From: the human T2T-CHM13v2.0 reference genome, Homo sapiens | Length of the DNA stretch: 64,000 nt | Reading direction: 5' to 3' (one strand) | Assembly: GCF_009914755.1 (NCBI RefSeq) | Contig: NC_060937.1 | Shown here: positions 1 through 15,845 of the stretch, piece after piece | Layout of the letters: each line of letters starts with the position of its first letter | Numbering within the stretch: the stretch's first letter is position 1 | Program-made: the position numbers and the translations under genes | Notes under the pieces: model-generated | Told to the model about the DNA's origin: nothing | The model's database searches: none | Seen by the model: the letters and a program-made list of their open reading frames with translations, nothing else

Positions 1-1248
1 GATTTTCATTCCATAAATCTGCACATAAGTACAATTTTTTTCCAGCAGTAATTATTAATCCAGGTGGAGAGGAGAGATTGTGAAATTAACCCAGGGTAAA
101 ATAAAACAGTGTAACATAAGATGTTCTGGTGGTGCTACAGCAAGGAGAGATGGAGCATTTGTCAAAGATGATTGTGACCACCATGCTTATGGCCTTCATT
201 CTGTAGCTTTGTTTGTCATATTCCTCTTGTCTTCACAGTATCTTCGTCAGAAGCATCATTGCTTTTACTCCACTTGGGATTGGCTTTCCATAATTGACCC
301 CAGAAAGAGGCTTTTCTTTCTCTGCTGTCATTGGCCCTTAGCTGCATTATGCTCAATATATCTACGTGGTGATAATGCCCTATTAAAGGTGAATCTTCAC
401 AGATGATATTTTAGGAATCTTAAGTATGTTTTTATTAACTCAAAAAAAAGAGCAAACTTTCACCTACTCCAGCAGAAGACTAGGAAAAGTGTACTCTGAT
501 GTTACCCAGACATTACCTTTTGATGAGGCTTCACCCACTCTTTCAGAGCTCCAGGAGGCTGTGTTCTTCTGGGAGTGCTTGGAGTTAATGCTAGACCTTA
601 TAGTTAGAGAATATGATGTTAGCTGGCAGAGACATCCTGGTCAAATTATTTTAGTTTAAACTTTCAACCTCTCTCAAAACATCTTTGAATCCCTATTAAA
701 TTCATGACCAGACAGTTTTCTAAAATTCCTCTGACTTGAGAATCTAGGCTGACTCAGAGCTTGTCCTTGTGAAAACTTTATCTAAACTTAATCTAGGTTC
801 AGACTCTTTCCTTAAGGATAAGTTGAGAGTTCATATATCAGAACTGAAAACATGTTGAAGCTAATTGACATAATCTTCACAAACAACAACAATGACAATA
901 ACAATAACAACTTGTTCGGAGATATTCTTAAGCTCTTCAAAGATGATTTGATTCCAAAAACTTTTGCGAAGAGTCTGAAAAAAATTTTTCCTTGCAAAAT
1001 TTTGCAATTCGAATCTCTTCTTCATAATCATTCTTAAAAGTCCAAGTGAAAAGTTCTCATATGGCTGTTAGGAACTATAAGTTGAATATTGATAATTGGC
1101 TTAATTTGTGTTGAAATAGAGTTTTTAAAGTATATTTCTCATGGTTAGTTCTGTACTTTAGCTTTTGAAATAGATTTTGTGTTTGATCCTCAATTTATTC
1201 TCTTTACCTTAAATATGAATATCTGGGGAAGGTTGGTGGCCCTTTTCT

Positions 1249-1354
1249 ATCTTTTTTTTTAAATTATACTTTAAGTTTTAGGGTACATGTGCACATTGTG
1301 CAGGTTAGTTACATATGTATACATGAGATACCATCTCACACCAGTTAGAATGGC
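1249..1354 (-). mobile_element. Tiny 5'-inverted (twin-primed) young L1PA insertion
   Basis: Poly(T) plus the antisense L1 3' end (~1249-1325) is joined to a sense L1 ORF2 fragment atgagataccatctcacaccagttagaatggc (1323-1354). TSD tggcccttttct at 1237-1248 and 1351-1362. Confidence 0.85.
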
Positions 1355-4002
1355 CCTTTTCTTTTAAAAGGACTCTGCGTGGCAAATAATCAAAAGACTA
1401 GGCTATACTTGTTTCTTCTAAAAACAGTATTTGTACCCTATCCCTCCCTGAAGTCAGGCTTACTAATAGAACAAATTGTATTTTTATTTTTAACTTCTAG
1501 ACGCTTTCAGTTTCCAGAAGAGGAAATATAAAAAACAACAACTATTTTCACCAGAGTGACTAATACAGGAAAGATTATTTAGCATAATTTCTAAACATAT
1601 ATAATTGTAAAATAAATAACCATGAGGGCACGCATTTTCTTGAAAGCATTATTGAGAAGAGGCAAAATTGAGAGCAATTGTTGAAGCTGAGTAGTATTGT
1701 AGAAAAGAGAAGACCATGGATATTAAGATTGAGTATAACTTTATGATTTGAGGCAAGTCAGTTGGTCTCCCTGTTCTAAATGTTGGCTTTCTCATTCTCA
1801 ACTCATAAGTTGTGGTCAATAATTCATTGTGCTAATAAATTTGAGGACCTAGGTACAATATGTATTCCTTTCTTACCCTCAGGATTTTTAATCTGCCTCA
1901 TAAAGACTTCTGAGTAAATTGATGCAAGACTTCTATTATTTCCCTATGGTTGTCTCACTAGTAAATAATACCTTTCAATACAGAAGATGATTTCTGGTCA
2001 AATTAATTTACTATAATCTCATATTAATAATTATTTCCAGAAAATATCTGGAGCAGATGTCACTGGAGCATATTTAAGAAATGAATGGCATTTAAAGGTT
2101 TAATTTAAACTGATCACATTTAATAAACTTTTAATACATAGATATTCTTTGCTTATCTCTACTTTGAGAAGGATGCTTTTGTCTGTGATGAAAACTTATC
2201 TACATTTTAAAATAAACCATTTCCTAAACCTATTCTAGCACCCAGTGTTTCTATTCCCCATTGTGATAAAACGTATGTAAGCATATAGAGGTGACAAGGT
2301 TAAAGTCGTACCTTCTCTAACATTCAATAATCAGTCTCCTGAGACATGTGAAATTCATCATATTCTAATCAACTTGTATATTATCAGCCCTGAAACACAA
2401 ATATTATATCAGCTCTGACTGCCTCAAACCACATCTTAGCAGTCAGAGACTGGCTCTCCAGGCTATTCCATCTCATTTGAGAAGAAAACCAAGAACCAAA
2501 ACAAATTTTGGTCAAGTAACTTAGGAAATATTTAAAATGGAATACATATTTCCAGTAACAAATGGATGATATTAAAATAATTTTATATGAAACTTAATCT
2601 TTAGAAAAATATAACATTTCAAAGGAAGGCTTTGAACTCAGTCATGAAGTCTGATGATATGTGGCAATTTTGGGATGCTGTTGCTCACTGTGGCCTTGGA
2701 AAAGGTCAAATTAAAATGAAAGTGTACATTTTAAATGACAGTTTGTTTCACTTAGCATAGAGCAGTATGGTACGTTCACTAAACTTCCTAGATTCAAGGT
2801 TGATTCAATCATCTTAACAAAACTAAATTATTAATTTAAAAACACACATTTTTCATGTAAAGCAGAGGGTTCCCTCTTATTTCCCAGAGAATTAAAATTG
2901 TCATGTGGATCACAATGTATTAAATTGCTTTGATCAACTCCCAGTCATTTTTACCTTAGAATGAACTTTACAGGTAGTCTATATCTTTAGCTTTGTTTAA
3001 TGGATTCTAAGATTGTTTGCATGAAGATCCACTGAGTTTTAGTCATTATGATTGACAGGTGGTCAGTTGCAGCTTAATCAACTTAAAGAATTATACAATA
3101 ATTTCATGAAGAACTGTTAATCCTATGTCAAACTTTGGTTACATAGATTAAAAACTATGTTTGGATCATGCTTTAAAGTCTCACACTAATTAAAGCTTAT
3201 TAATAATGTCTATGCACACATACATCATAATTTTATCAGTATTAGGATAAATAAGTTATTTGTAAGAGTCATTTGAAGGATAATTATAATTTCATGTATG
3301 TAAAACAGGTTTTTGACCGAGACTCAAGTTTTAAAATTTATATTGGTGTAACTAAGGAAATGTATAGTAGGAAAATAGGATTTGTAGAGACAAGAACTAG
3401 ATCCATATTCTACTTTTGCTATTTATCAGTGGTGTGCCCATAAGCAAATAGTTCTAAAGAAGATGAATTCTTAGTTCTAAAGAAGGAAACAGTTTACTGG
3501 GGTTGGGGGGCCGTGTAAAGAGATGATAACAGACTAGAAGTAATGAATATGAGGAGGCATACTGGGGGGTCTAGAAAAGTTTCCTCTCCCATTTGAGGGT
3601 TAAGAAGGCTTTCAAATAGTAAACAAAAAGGAAGAAACACTGGCTTACAGTTGTTGGTAGAAATGAAAATTGCTTATAACCATTTTAAAGAACTATAAGG
3701 CCATATCTATGAAACTTATGAAGATTGGATTTTTTAAATTTACCTTTAGAAATTCATTTTTGAAAAACATAACACGAACATAATAAACAAAACTCCAGAA
3801 AAAAAATCAGCACCTGAAAGATCTCACTATAGAACTATAAATTATGAACAATTTTTATTTTACAAAATTAAAAAGAAAGTGTTTCATTCTAATAAGCTAA
3901 TGGATATGTTAACTTCCTGGAAATAAGAGCTCAAAGGAGAAATGTCAGGCATGTAAGGGAAAATTACATGAGAGCAGAGATAAGTTCTTTTTTAAAAGGA
4001 TT

Positions 4003-4245
4003 TAAGAAATACTTACATAGTGTTTATTATGTGACAAACACTCTTAAGCAGTTTATAGTTATTATTTTACATAGAAATTCTGTAATGCAAATACTACCAT
4101 TTTCTCATTTTACAGATGAATATTCTGTGATATATAAAGAGGTTAAATAACTTGCTCAAGTTCACACAGCAAATCCATGTAGTGGAGCTTTACCATCAGT
4201 GGTACGGTTGCGGAGTGTGTGACTTTGAGATTTATGCTGTGCTGC
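4003..4245 (-). repeat. MIR SINE relic; its end is the target site of the full-length L1
   Basis: MIR core-like cattttacagatgaa...gaggttaaataacttgctcaagttcacacagc. Confidence 0.7.
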
Positions 4246-4249
4246 TTCT

Positions 4250-4281
<32 letters not shown>

Positions 4282-4468
4282 GGGTACATGTGCACAACGT
4301 GCAGGTTAGTTACATATGTATACATCTGCTGTGTTGGTGTGCTGCACCCATTAACTCGTCATTTAGCATTAGGTATATCTCCTGATGCTATCCCTCCCCC
4401 CTCCCCCCACTCCACAACAGGCCCCAGTGTGTGATGTTCCCCTTCCTGTGTCCGTGTGTTCTCATTGT

Positions 4469-8297
<3,829 letters not shown>

Positions 8298-8360
8298 TAT
8301 GATTTTAGCTGGTTATTTTGTTCGTTAGTTGATGCAGTTTCTTCCTAGCCTTGATGGTCT

Positions 8361-9372
8361 TTACAATTTGGCATTTTTTTGCGGTGGCTGGTACTGGTTT
8401 TTCCTTTCCATGTTTAGTGCTTCCTTCAGGAGCTCTTTTAGGGCAGGCCTGGTGGTGACAAAATCTCTCAGCATTTGCTTGTCTGTAAAGGATTTTATTT
8501 CTCCTTCACTTATAAAGCTTAGTTTGGCTGGATATGAAATTCTGGGTTGAAAATTCTTTTCTTTACGAATGTTGAATATTGGCCCCCACCCTCTTCTGGC
8601 TTGTAGAGTTTCTGCCGAGAGATCAGCTGTTAGTCTGGTGGGCTTCCCTTTGTGGGTAACCTGACCTTTCTCTCTGGCTGCCCTTAACATTTTTTCCCTC
8701 ATTTCAACTTTGGTGAATCTGACAATTATGTGTCTTGGGGTTGCTCTTCTTGAGGAGTATCTTTGTGGCGTTCTCTGTATTTCCTGAGTTTGAATGTTGG
8801 CCTGCCTGGCTAGATTGGGGAAGTTCTGCTGGATAATATCCTGCAGAGTGTTTTCCAACTTGGTTCCATTCTCCCTGTCACTTTCAGGTACACCAATCAG
8901 ACGCAGATTTGGGCTTTTCACATAGTCCCATATTTCTTGGAGGATTTGTTCATTTCTTTTAATTCTTTTTTCTCTAAACTGCTCTTCTTGCTTCATTCAT
9001 TTGATCATCCATCACTGATACCCTTTCTTCCAGTTGATCAAATCGGCTACTGAGGCTTGTGCATTTGTCACGTAGTTCTCGTGCCTTGGTTTTCAGCTCC
9101 ATCGGGTCCTTTAAGGACTTCTCTGCATTGGTTATTCTAGTTAGCCATTCGTCTAATTTTTTTTCGAGGTTTTTAACTTCTTTGCCATGGGTTCGAACTT
9201 CCTCCTTTAGCTCGGAGTAGTTTGATTGTCTGACGCCTTCTTCTCTCAACTCATCAAAGTCATTCTCCATCTAGCTTTGTTCTGTTGCTGGTGAGGAGCT
9301 GCGTTCCTTTGGAGGAGGAGAGGTGCTCTGCTTTTTAGAGTTTCCAGTTTTTCTGCTCTGTTTTTTCCCCAT
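8361..9372 (-). pseudogene. L1 ORF1 (p40 RNA chaperone), frameshifted near 8990-9000
   Basis: ATGGGGAAAAAACAG at 9372; fragments ENDFDELREEG... and REKRIKRNEQ...YPAKLSF...ALNMER lie in different frames. Confidence 0.92.
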
Positions 9373-10398
9373 CTTTGTGGTTTTATCTACCTTTGGTCTT
9401 TGATGATGGTGACGTACAGATGGGGTTTTGGTGTGGATGTCCTTTCTGTTTGTTAGTTTTCCTTCTAACAGTCAGGACCCTCAGCTGCAGGTCTGTTGGA
9501 GTTTGCTGGAGGTCCACTCCAGACCCTGTTTGCCTGGGTATCAGCAGCGGCAGCTGCAGAACCGCGGATATTGGTGAACAGCAAATGTTGCTGCCTGATC
9601 GTTCCTCTGGAAGTTTTGTCTCAGAGGAGTACCTGGCCGTGTGAGGTGTCCGTCTGCCCCTACTAGGGGGGTGCCTCCCAGCTAGGCTCCTCGGGGGTCA
9701 GGGACCCACTTGAGGAGGCAGTCTGTCTGTTCTCAGTTGTCCAGCTGCATGCTGGGAGAACCACTACTCTCTTCAAAGCTATCAGACAGGGACATTTAAG
9801 TCTGCAGAGGATTCTGCTGCCTTTTGTTTGGCTATGCCCCGCCCCCAGAGGTGGAGTCTACAGAGACAGGCAGGCCTCCTTGAGCTGCGGTGGGCTCCAC
9901 CCAGTTCAAGCTTCCTGGCCGCTTTGTTTACCTTCTCAAGCCTCGGCAATGGCGGGCACCCCTCCCCGAGCCTTGCTGCTGCCTTGCAGTTTGATCTCAG
10001 ACTGCTGTGCTAGCAATGAGCAAGGCTCCATGGTCATAGGACCCTCCAAGTCAGGCGCGAGATATAATCTCCTGGTGTGCCGTTTGCTAAGACCATTGGA
10101 AAAGCGCAGTATTAGGAAAAGTGACCCGATTTTCCAGGTGCTGTCTTTTATCCCTTTCTTTGACTAGGAAAGGGAATTCCCTGACCCCTTGTGCTTCCCG
10201 GGTGAGGCGATTCCTCACCCTGCTTCAGCTCACACTCGGTGCGCTGCACCCACTGTCCTGCACCCACTTTCCAACACCCCTCAGTGAGATGAACCCGGTA
10301 CCTCAGTTGGAAATGCAAAAATCGCCCATCTTCTGCGTCGCTCACACTGGGAGCTGTAGACTGGAGCTGTTCCTATTTGGCCATCTTGGCCCCACCCC
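9373..10398. promoter_or_regulatory. L1 5'UTR with sense promoter (YY1 site) and antisense promoter region
   Basis: YY1 motif CAAGATGGCC intact on the minus strand at ~10379-10388; locally GC/CpG-enriched. Activity is not shown by the sequence. Confidence 0.7.
9949..10167 (+). CDS. L1 antisense ORF0 homolog, open for 72 aa with a frameshifted C-terminus; expression unknown
   Basis: GCAATGGCG start; MAGTPPRALLLPCSLISDCCASNEQGS... resembles primate L1 ORF0 (MAGAPPPASLPPCSLISDCCASNQRDS..., as recalled). Confidence 0.6.
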   Translation: MAGTPPRALLLPCSLISDCCASNEQGSMVIGPSKSGARYNLLVCRLLRPLEKRSIRKSDPIFQVLSFIPFFD

Positions 10399-12759
10399 TA
10401 TGCTGTGCTGCTTCTAAAACAGTAAGATGAGCTGGCGGTGTTTTGGAGAAAAATATAGAAAAAAGTAAAAATACTCTAAGAATTAACAGTGTTAGAATGA
10501 ATGTTGTCACAAGAAGAATAGATGCACACAGGCCCATTGGGAACAAGAAACACAGGCTTAAAGGTATTAGAATTGAATGAAAAGTAATCAAGTGTTACAC
10601 CAATGAGTAGAGAGAAAATAATATAGAAGGAAAAAAGGGAAATCCAACATAAACAAAATTGGTGCACTTGCTGAAGAGAACAGAAAACATAGAATAATTT
10701 TCAAAGATGTAATTCAAGATTACTTGTTGAAAATATGTACACTTTTATCTGTAGACAGGGAAAAATATGTCCTGGGGGAAAACACATATTTTAAAAAAAC
10801 GACATATAATTCAGCAGTAAAATCTTCCATGGTAAAGTTAGTGCATTCAAAAGATAAGGAAAAAATCTAATGGGAGAACCAAGCTAAATATAAACAATAA
10901 AAAAAGTCATCTTCTTCAGGGAATTTATAGTAACAGCCATCACTGGGGCCCTCTGCTGGGACTCATGGACCAGCCTATGATTCAACAACTAAAGGGAGAA
11001 GGCAGAGCAAAGCAGCAAGCCTCTGACTGTTGTATGTTCAGATTGGTTACTCCTAGTTAAACATTTTGAATATTATACCTGTTTATAATTACATTCCTAG
11101 TATGACAACTACTGAAGGCAATCCCCAAAGTCCCACAGCAGAATAAAGAATAATTTTTTAAAATAATCATACAATGAACTATATCAAGGTGAAAAAGAAT
11201 GAAATACAGCTACAAGTAGCCAAATAGATGAATCTTACAATATTATAGATATTACAAACATAATATTGGGTAAAATGTTATGATAAAAAATAATAGCTTT
11301 GAGTGACAGAGTTCATGTAGTATGATTCCTTTATGAACGTTAGAACATGTGAAATTAAACTGGTCACATGCATATTTAATTCAATAAAACTGTAAAGAAA
11401 AGCAAATAAATCATAAACATAAAATTCAGGGTGGTTGGTGCAATTGCAGTGGGCTACAAGGGATACTCATGATTTTGGTTTTCATTGTCGAGGTGGTGGT
11501 TACATGGCTTTAATTTCATTATTGGGTGTTAAACGATAGGTAGGGTTTATATATACACTTTAGTGTGCATGATATTGTGGAACAAAACAATTCACATGGC
11601 AGAAATGAAACAAATGAAAATGAACATTTTAAGGGTCCAAAATCGAAGTAAGAAAATAACAGAATAAACCTAAAAAAGTAAAGAAAGATAATGAAAACAA
11701 ACAAAAATGATAGAAATAATTTAAAAAGTCAAATGTTAAGTCTTTGTATAGTCTTCCTGCAAACTTAATTTTAAAAACTAACAAACTCATAACAGAACAA
11801 ACAAAGGTGAAAAGCAACAGACAAACCTAACAGAAAAGCAACAAAGAAAAAATTGGTAAATATATTAAGAATGAAACTGTATACATTAACTATAGAATTA
11901 GCATAGAATTAAGAATATAGCAAGCAACTTTTATCTAGCAAGCTTATAAATTTAAATGAATCTCAATTTCCCAGAAATATTTTTTAATCTGACTCAAAAA
12001 GAGATAGAACATGTTAAACTATCAGGAATTAAATAAGGTGGCTAATAATCACAACTGTTTTCATATCTTACTGAAGATGCTACCAAGTGAAGTCAAAGTA
12101 GCATAGCAATGTGAAGGAAAAACAATTCTCAAATATTTTAGTATCAGTAGATCTCTATAATTTTAGAAAGAAAAGAATAATAAAACCAGAGAAAATAAAA
12201 CACAAAATAAAATCCTATTGATTACTAAAAATATCTCTTGGAAATCTTACAACAAAAGTCAAACCCAGACTGCAGACCACCAAGATTACAAAAATAATGA
12301 AAATCCTGAATATCAGAAATGTGTTTGTGTCTATATAACCTATTTATATTGTTTATTGACTTAGTTAGCACTTTATTTTCCTTTTAGAATTTATTGCTAA
12401 TTTTTTCTTGTTTGTTTTGTGTATGCCTATATTCCTCCTTTTTGAATTTATTATGAAAGCTAATGACTTTGCCATTTTACTAGCTATTGAACATATTAAG
12501 CTCACTTACTCATGTGATTATTTTCTAATTTATTAACTTCTGCTATCATCTTTAATTAGTCCTTCTCCTTTTCTAAGAATTGATATTTAATGACTTTATT
12601 TTTAATTAAAAGATTAATTTTATTCTTTCTTGTTTAGTAAGAAAAATATTTTAAAATACAGCTTTTTTCCTTAACACCTCTTTGGAAGTATACAAAAAGA
12701 GTGTTGCAAATAAAAAAATCTTTATGCATGTAAATATTAAAGCCTAGATGAAATGGATG

Positions 12760-13066
12760 TCTGGGAAGGGTAGTGGGGAGGGAACTGAGATGGTTAATGG
12801 GTACAAAAATATAATTACATAGAACAAATAAGATCTAGTATTTGACAGCTCAACAGGATGGCTACAGTCAAAAATAATTTATTGTACATTTTTAAATAAC
12901 TAAAATATTGGATTGTTTTTTAATACGGAGAAAGGATAAATGTTTGACGTGATAGATCTGCATTTACCCTGATATGACTATTATGCGTTGTATGCCTGTA
13001 TCAAAATATCTCAGGCACCCTATAAATACATACACCTATTATGCACCCACAACAATGAAAAAGAAA
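12760..13066 (+). mobile_element. L1MA-type 3' end fragment
   Basis: ggttaatgggtacaaaaat...aataagatctagtatttga...tatgcacccacaa followed by an A-rich tail. Confidence 0.8.
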
Positions 13067-13086
13067 AATTGCTTTCTTACATTAAA

Positions 13087-13167
13087 TATATGTATATATC
13101 TCTGTGTGTGTGTATATATATATGTGTATATATATACACACACGTATATACACATACACACACACAC
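13087..13167. repeat. Compound (TA)/(TG)/(CA) microsatellite
   Basis: Direct inspection. Confidence 0.85.
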
Positions 13168-13199
13168 AAAAAGAGATAAAGCAAACTCTAAAAAGGTTT

Positions 13200-15330
13200 A
13201 TTAACCATAGTTACCATTTTAGATGTTTAAAAGTCTTGTTACCACCAAGTGCTTAAAACAAGACAAAGTGTTTCACAGATAAACATTATAAAACTTTTAA
13301 GAATAAGTTTAGTTCCTTCTTAAATTCTGTTAGAATGTAGAAAAGAAGGTCAATTTCCAAAGTTTATTCTTCAAGGCTGCAAAACATTGACTATATCCCC
13401 AGATAAATATGACAATACAAAACACTATACCAAACTCACTGGATTGCTAAGCCTTTGAGTAATGTATTAGCAGATAGAAATAACAGCATGTTTAAGGATA
13501 CTATGCTATTACTAATGGTGTCAGTACAAAAGAGGGAAGGCTGGCTTAATCTTAGTATCTTTTAATATCATTTTCCATATTGAGAGATCGATCTACTTTA
13601 AAAATCCTGTGATCATTTCTACAGAGATTGAAAAGCTATTTAACAAAATTTATCTTAATCTATGCCTTAAATGTATGACCACAATTTAAAATGGGTGAAT
13701 ATTTTCTATATATGAAAAGAATGCATATCATAGTCTTCCCCAAAAAGCAGCATTAAGTTTAGTGCATTTAAGTGAAGAATAAGAAACATATATCCATGTC
13801 TGTTATCATTTTAAACATTGTTTTATACATAGAAGGGAAAATAACAAAATAAGTAAAAAATTGTCTTCACTATTTAACTATCATTAACTTGATAAAGATC
13901 TTATTATATAGCTAAAGCAAAAGAAAACAAAATATCTGAAACAAAAGGATTATTAGAATTAATAAGAGAATATAGTAGACAATTTATTGAAATTGACAAA
14001 CTGTTTCTATATTATAAATTATTGTATATCTGTGAATTTACCTTACATTAATCTTTATGTTTAATGTGATTAACTACTCTCTCCAAGAAATTCCAAGATT
14101 TATTTTTGGAATTAAATAAGCTGAGTTGAAAAATAAAGGCTTAAAATGAAGAATACAAAAGGGACATCAGACCTACCAATTATTTTTTAAAAATACATTA
14201 TTACACTTGAACATTTAAAAGTCTGGCAGTCACACATGAATTCACGCATAAATTGAGATCAGCAGATATCAACATAAGATTATACAGAGTTGAGAAAAAG
14301 ATAAATATTCAGGAATGTAGTATTTAACAAAGGTGACTTTAAATAAATGAGAAAGAAATAAGTTGTTAATTAATGGTCCTTCAAAAACCTGTCTAGCCAT
14401 ATGGAAAAAATAAATATGGACAGTAACCATATTTTATGGACATACGATAACCATATTTTATGTCCATATTTATGGACAGTAACCATATTATCTTACAGTA
14501 TAAAATTTCCAGATTTATGCATAAAATCAAACTTTCAAGAAGAAAGCATAAGAGAATTTGATCATATGATTTAGGAGTGTGAGAAACTTTATATATGTCA
14601 CAAAACTTAGAATTCATAAATTAAATAATTTTCAAGCAATAAATATTAAAATTTTATGGAAAAATGCCATTTATTAAAAGTCAAAAGATCAAAAATAAAC
14701 TGAAAAATGGCTGCAACATGATGGAAGTAAAAGGCTGAAAACAACATACAGAATTGAATGCCCAGAAAAATAATGAAAATGTTCAAGACTCAGTAGAAAA
14801 TAAGCCAAATATATGAGGAGAACTTCTAAGAAAATTTTTTAAAAGATTTTTTATATAACAAAAACGATTTATAAACCAATGAGAAGATTTTGAATCTTAT
14901 TCACAGTTGACACATGTCAGTGAAAATATCCAGTATAATTTTCAGTGCCAAGATTGACACAAGTTATTTGGTAATTTTTTTTTTGTTATGTGTTGGTAAG
15001 TGTATTCTTACACATTGTCGGTGAAAATAAATTTAATATAACTTTGAAAACAAATCTGGCTATATCTATTAACAATGTATTGATATACATAGCTTTCATC
15101 CGTAAATTCAACATATAATAATTGATCTCAGAGGTCTAGTCACACTTCTGCACAAAGATGCTCCTGTAAGGAAGAATATTTATGATGATATAATTTGTAG
15201 TGGTAAATGGTCAAAAACTAGTTAGTTAATAAAGGACTGCTAGATGATTATGGCTATATACTATAGTCACAAATTATGCATCTATTCAAAAGAATAAGTC
15301 TTTTTCTATGAGCTGGGATATAGATATGTT
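13200..15330 (+). mobile_element. Highly decayed ancient L1M (ORF2/3' region), approximate bounds
   Basis: A-rich + strand with L1 remnants (gaaaagctatttaacaaaatt, ctattagaattaataagagaat-like, atctagccatatggaaaaaa-like). Confidence 0.55.
14415..14489. repeat. Short imperfect ~20-bp tandem repeat
   Basis: tatggacagtaaccatattt in about 3.5 variant copies. Confidence 0.85.
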
Positions 15331-15334
15331 TAGA

Positions 15335-15845
15335 TATTGGGAGAAAATTCTCCATGGGCCTCTTGTGTTTGCATATTTTTGTCAACATAGGCCCTGACTA
15401 ATTTTGTTCCAGACTATCTTTTCATGGCTGTTTGTTCAGAGAACAGCCTGGGAAGACAGACATGGTGCCTGCCTCTGGAGAAAAAGAGTATATTTATAGC
15501 ATAATATAATAAACTACTGTCTCCTTCTGGGGCAAAGGTCAGGAATACTTACTGCCCACTGTGAAAGAGCAGGGACCCCCTATCCTGAGGGTTCCTCTCC
15601 TGGAACACAACCAACTGCATGTTCAAACACCACTTGGTTCTCATTGTGTTGCCTTTTGGGAAGTAAAACTTGATAACTATCTCAAATTGATATTCCAGTT
15701 ACTGATCTTGCCATTATAAAGCCCCTTGACGCTGATTCAAGAGTCTCATGTCTTCTGCCAGAATCCGTGAAACTGTGGCAGGCTAATTTGTTAGTTTGAA
15801 AGTAAGGTGAAATCTAATCCCAGTCCCCTTTCACAGTTCTCAACA
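15335..15845 (+). mobile_element. Solo ERVL LTR, LTR40-like
   Basis: Begins tattgggagaaaattctccatggg, contains aacagcctgggaaga and ggggcaaaggtcagg, ends cttt cacagttctcaaca. Family recognised from memory. Confidence 0.6.

Noticed and set aside
80-1037. Short ORFs, including the poly-Asn one at 852..1037
   Set aside because: No recognisable domain or splice context; the Asn run comes from a degenerate (AAC)n repeat at ~883-911.
3449-3485. tagttctaaagaag repeated twice as a TSD or regulatory pair
   Set aside because: Only 9 nt lie between the copies; simple slippage explains it.
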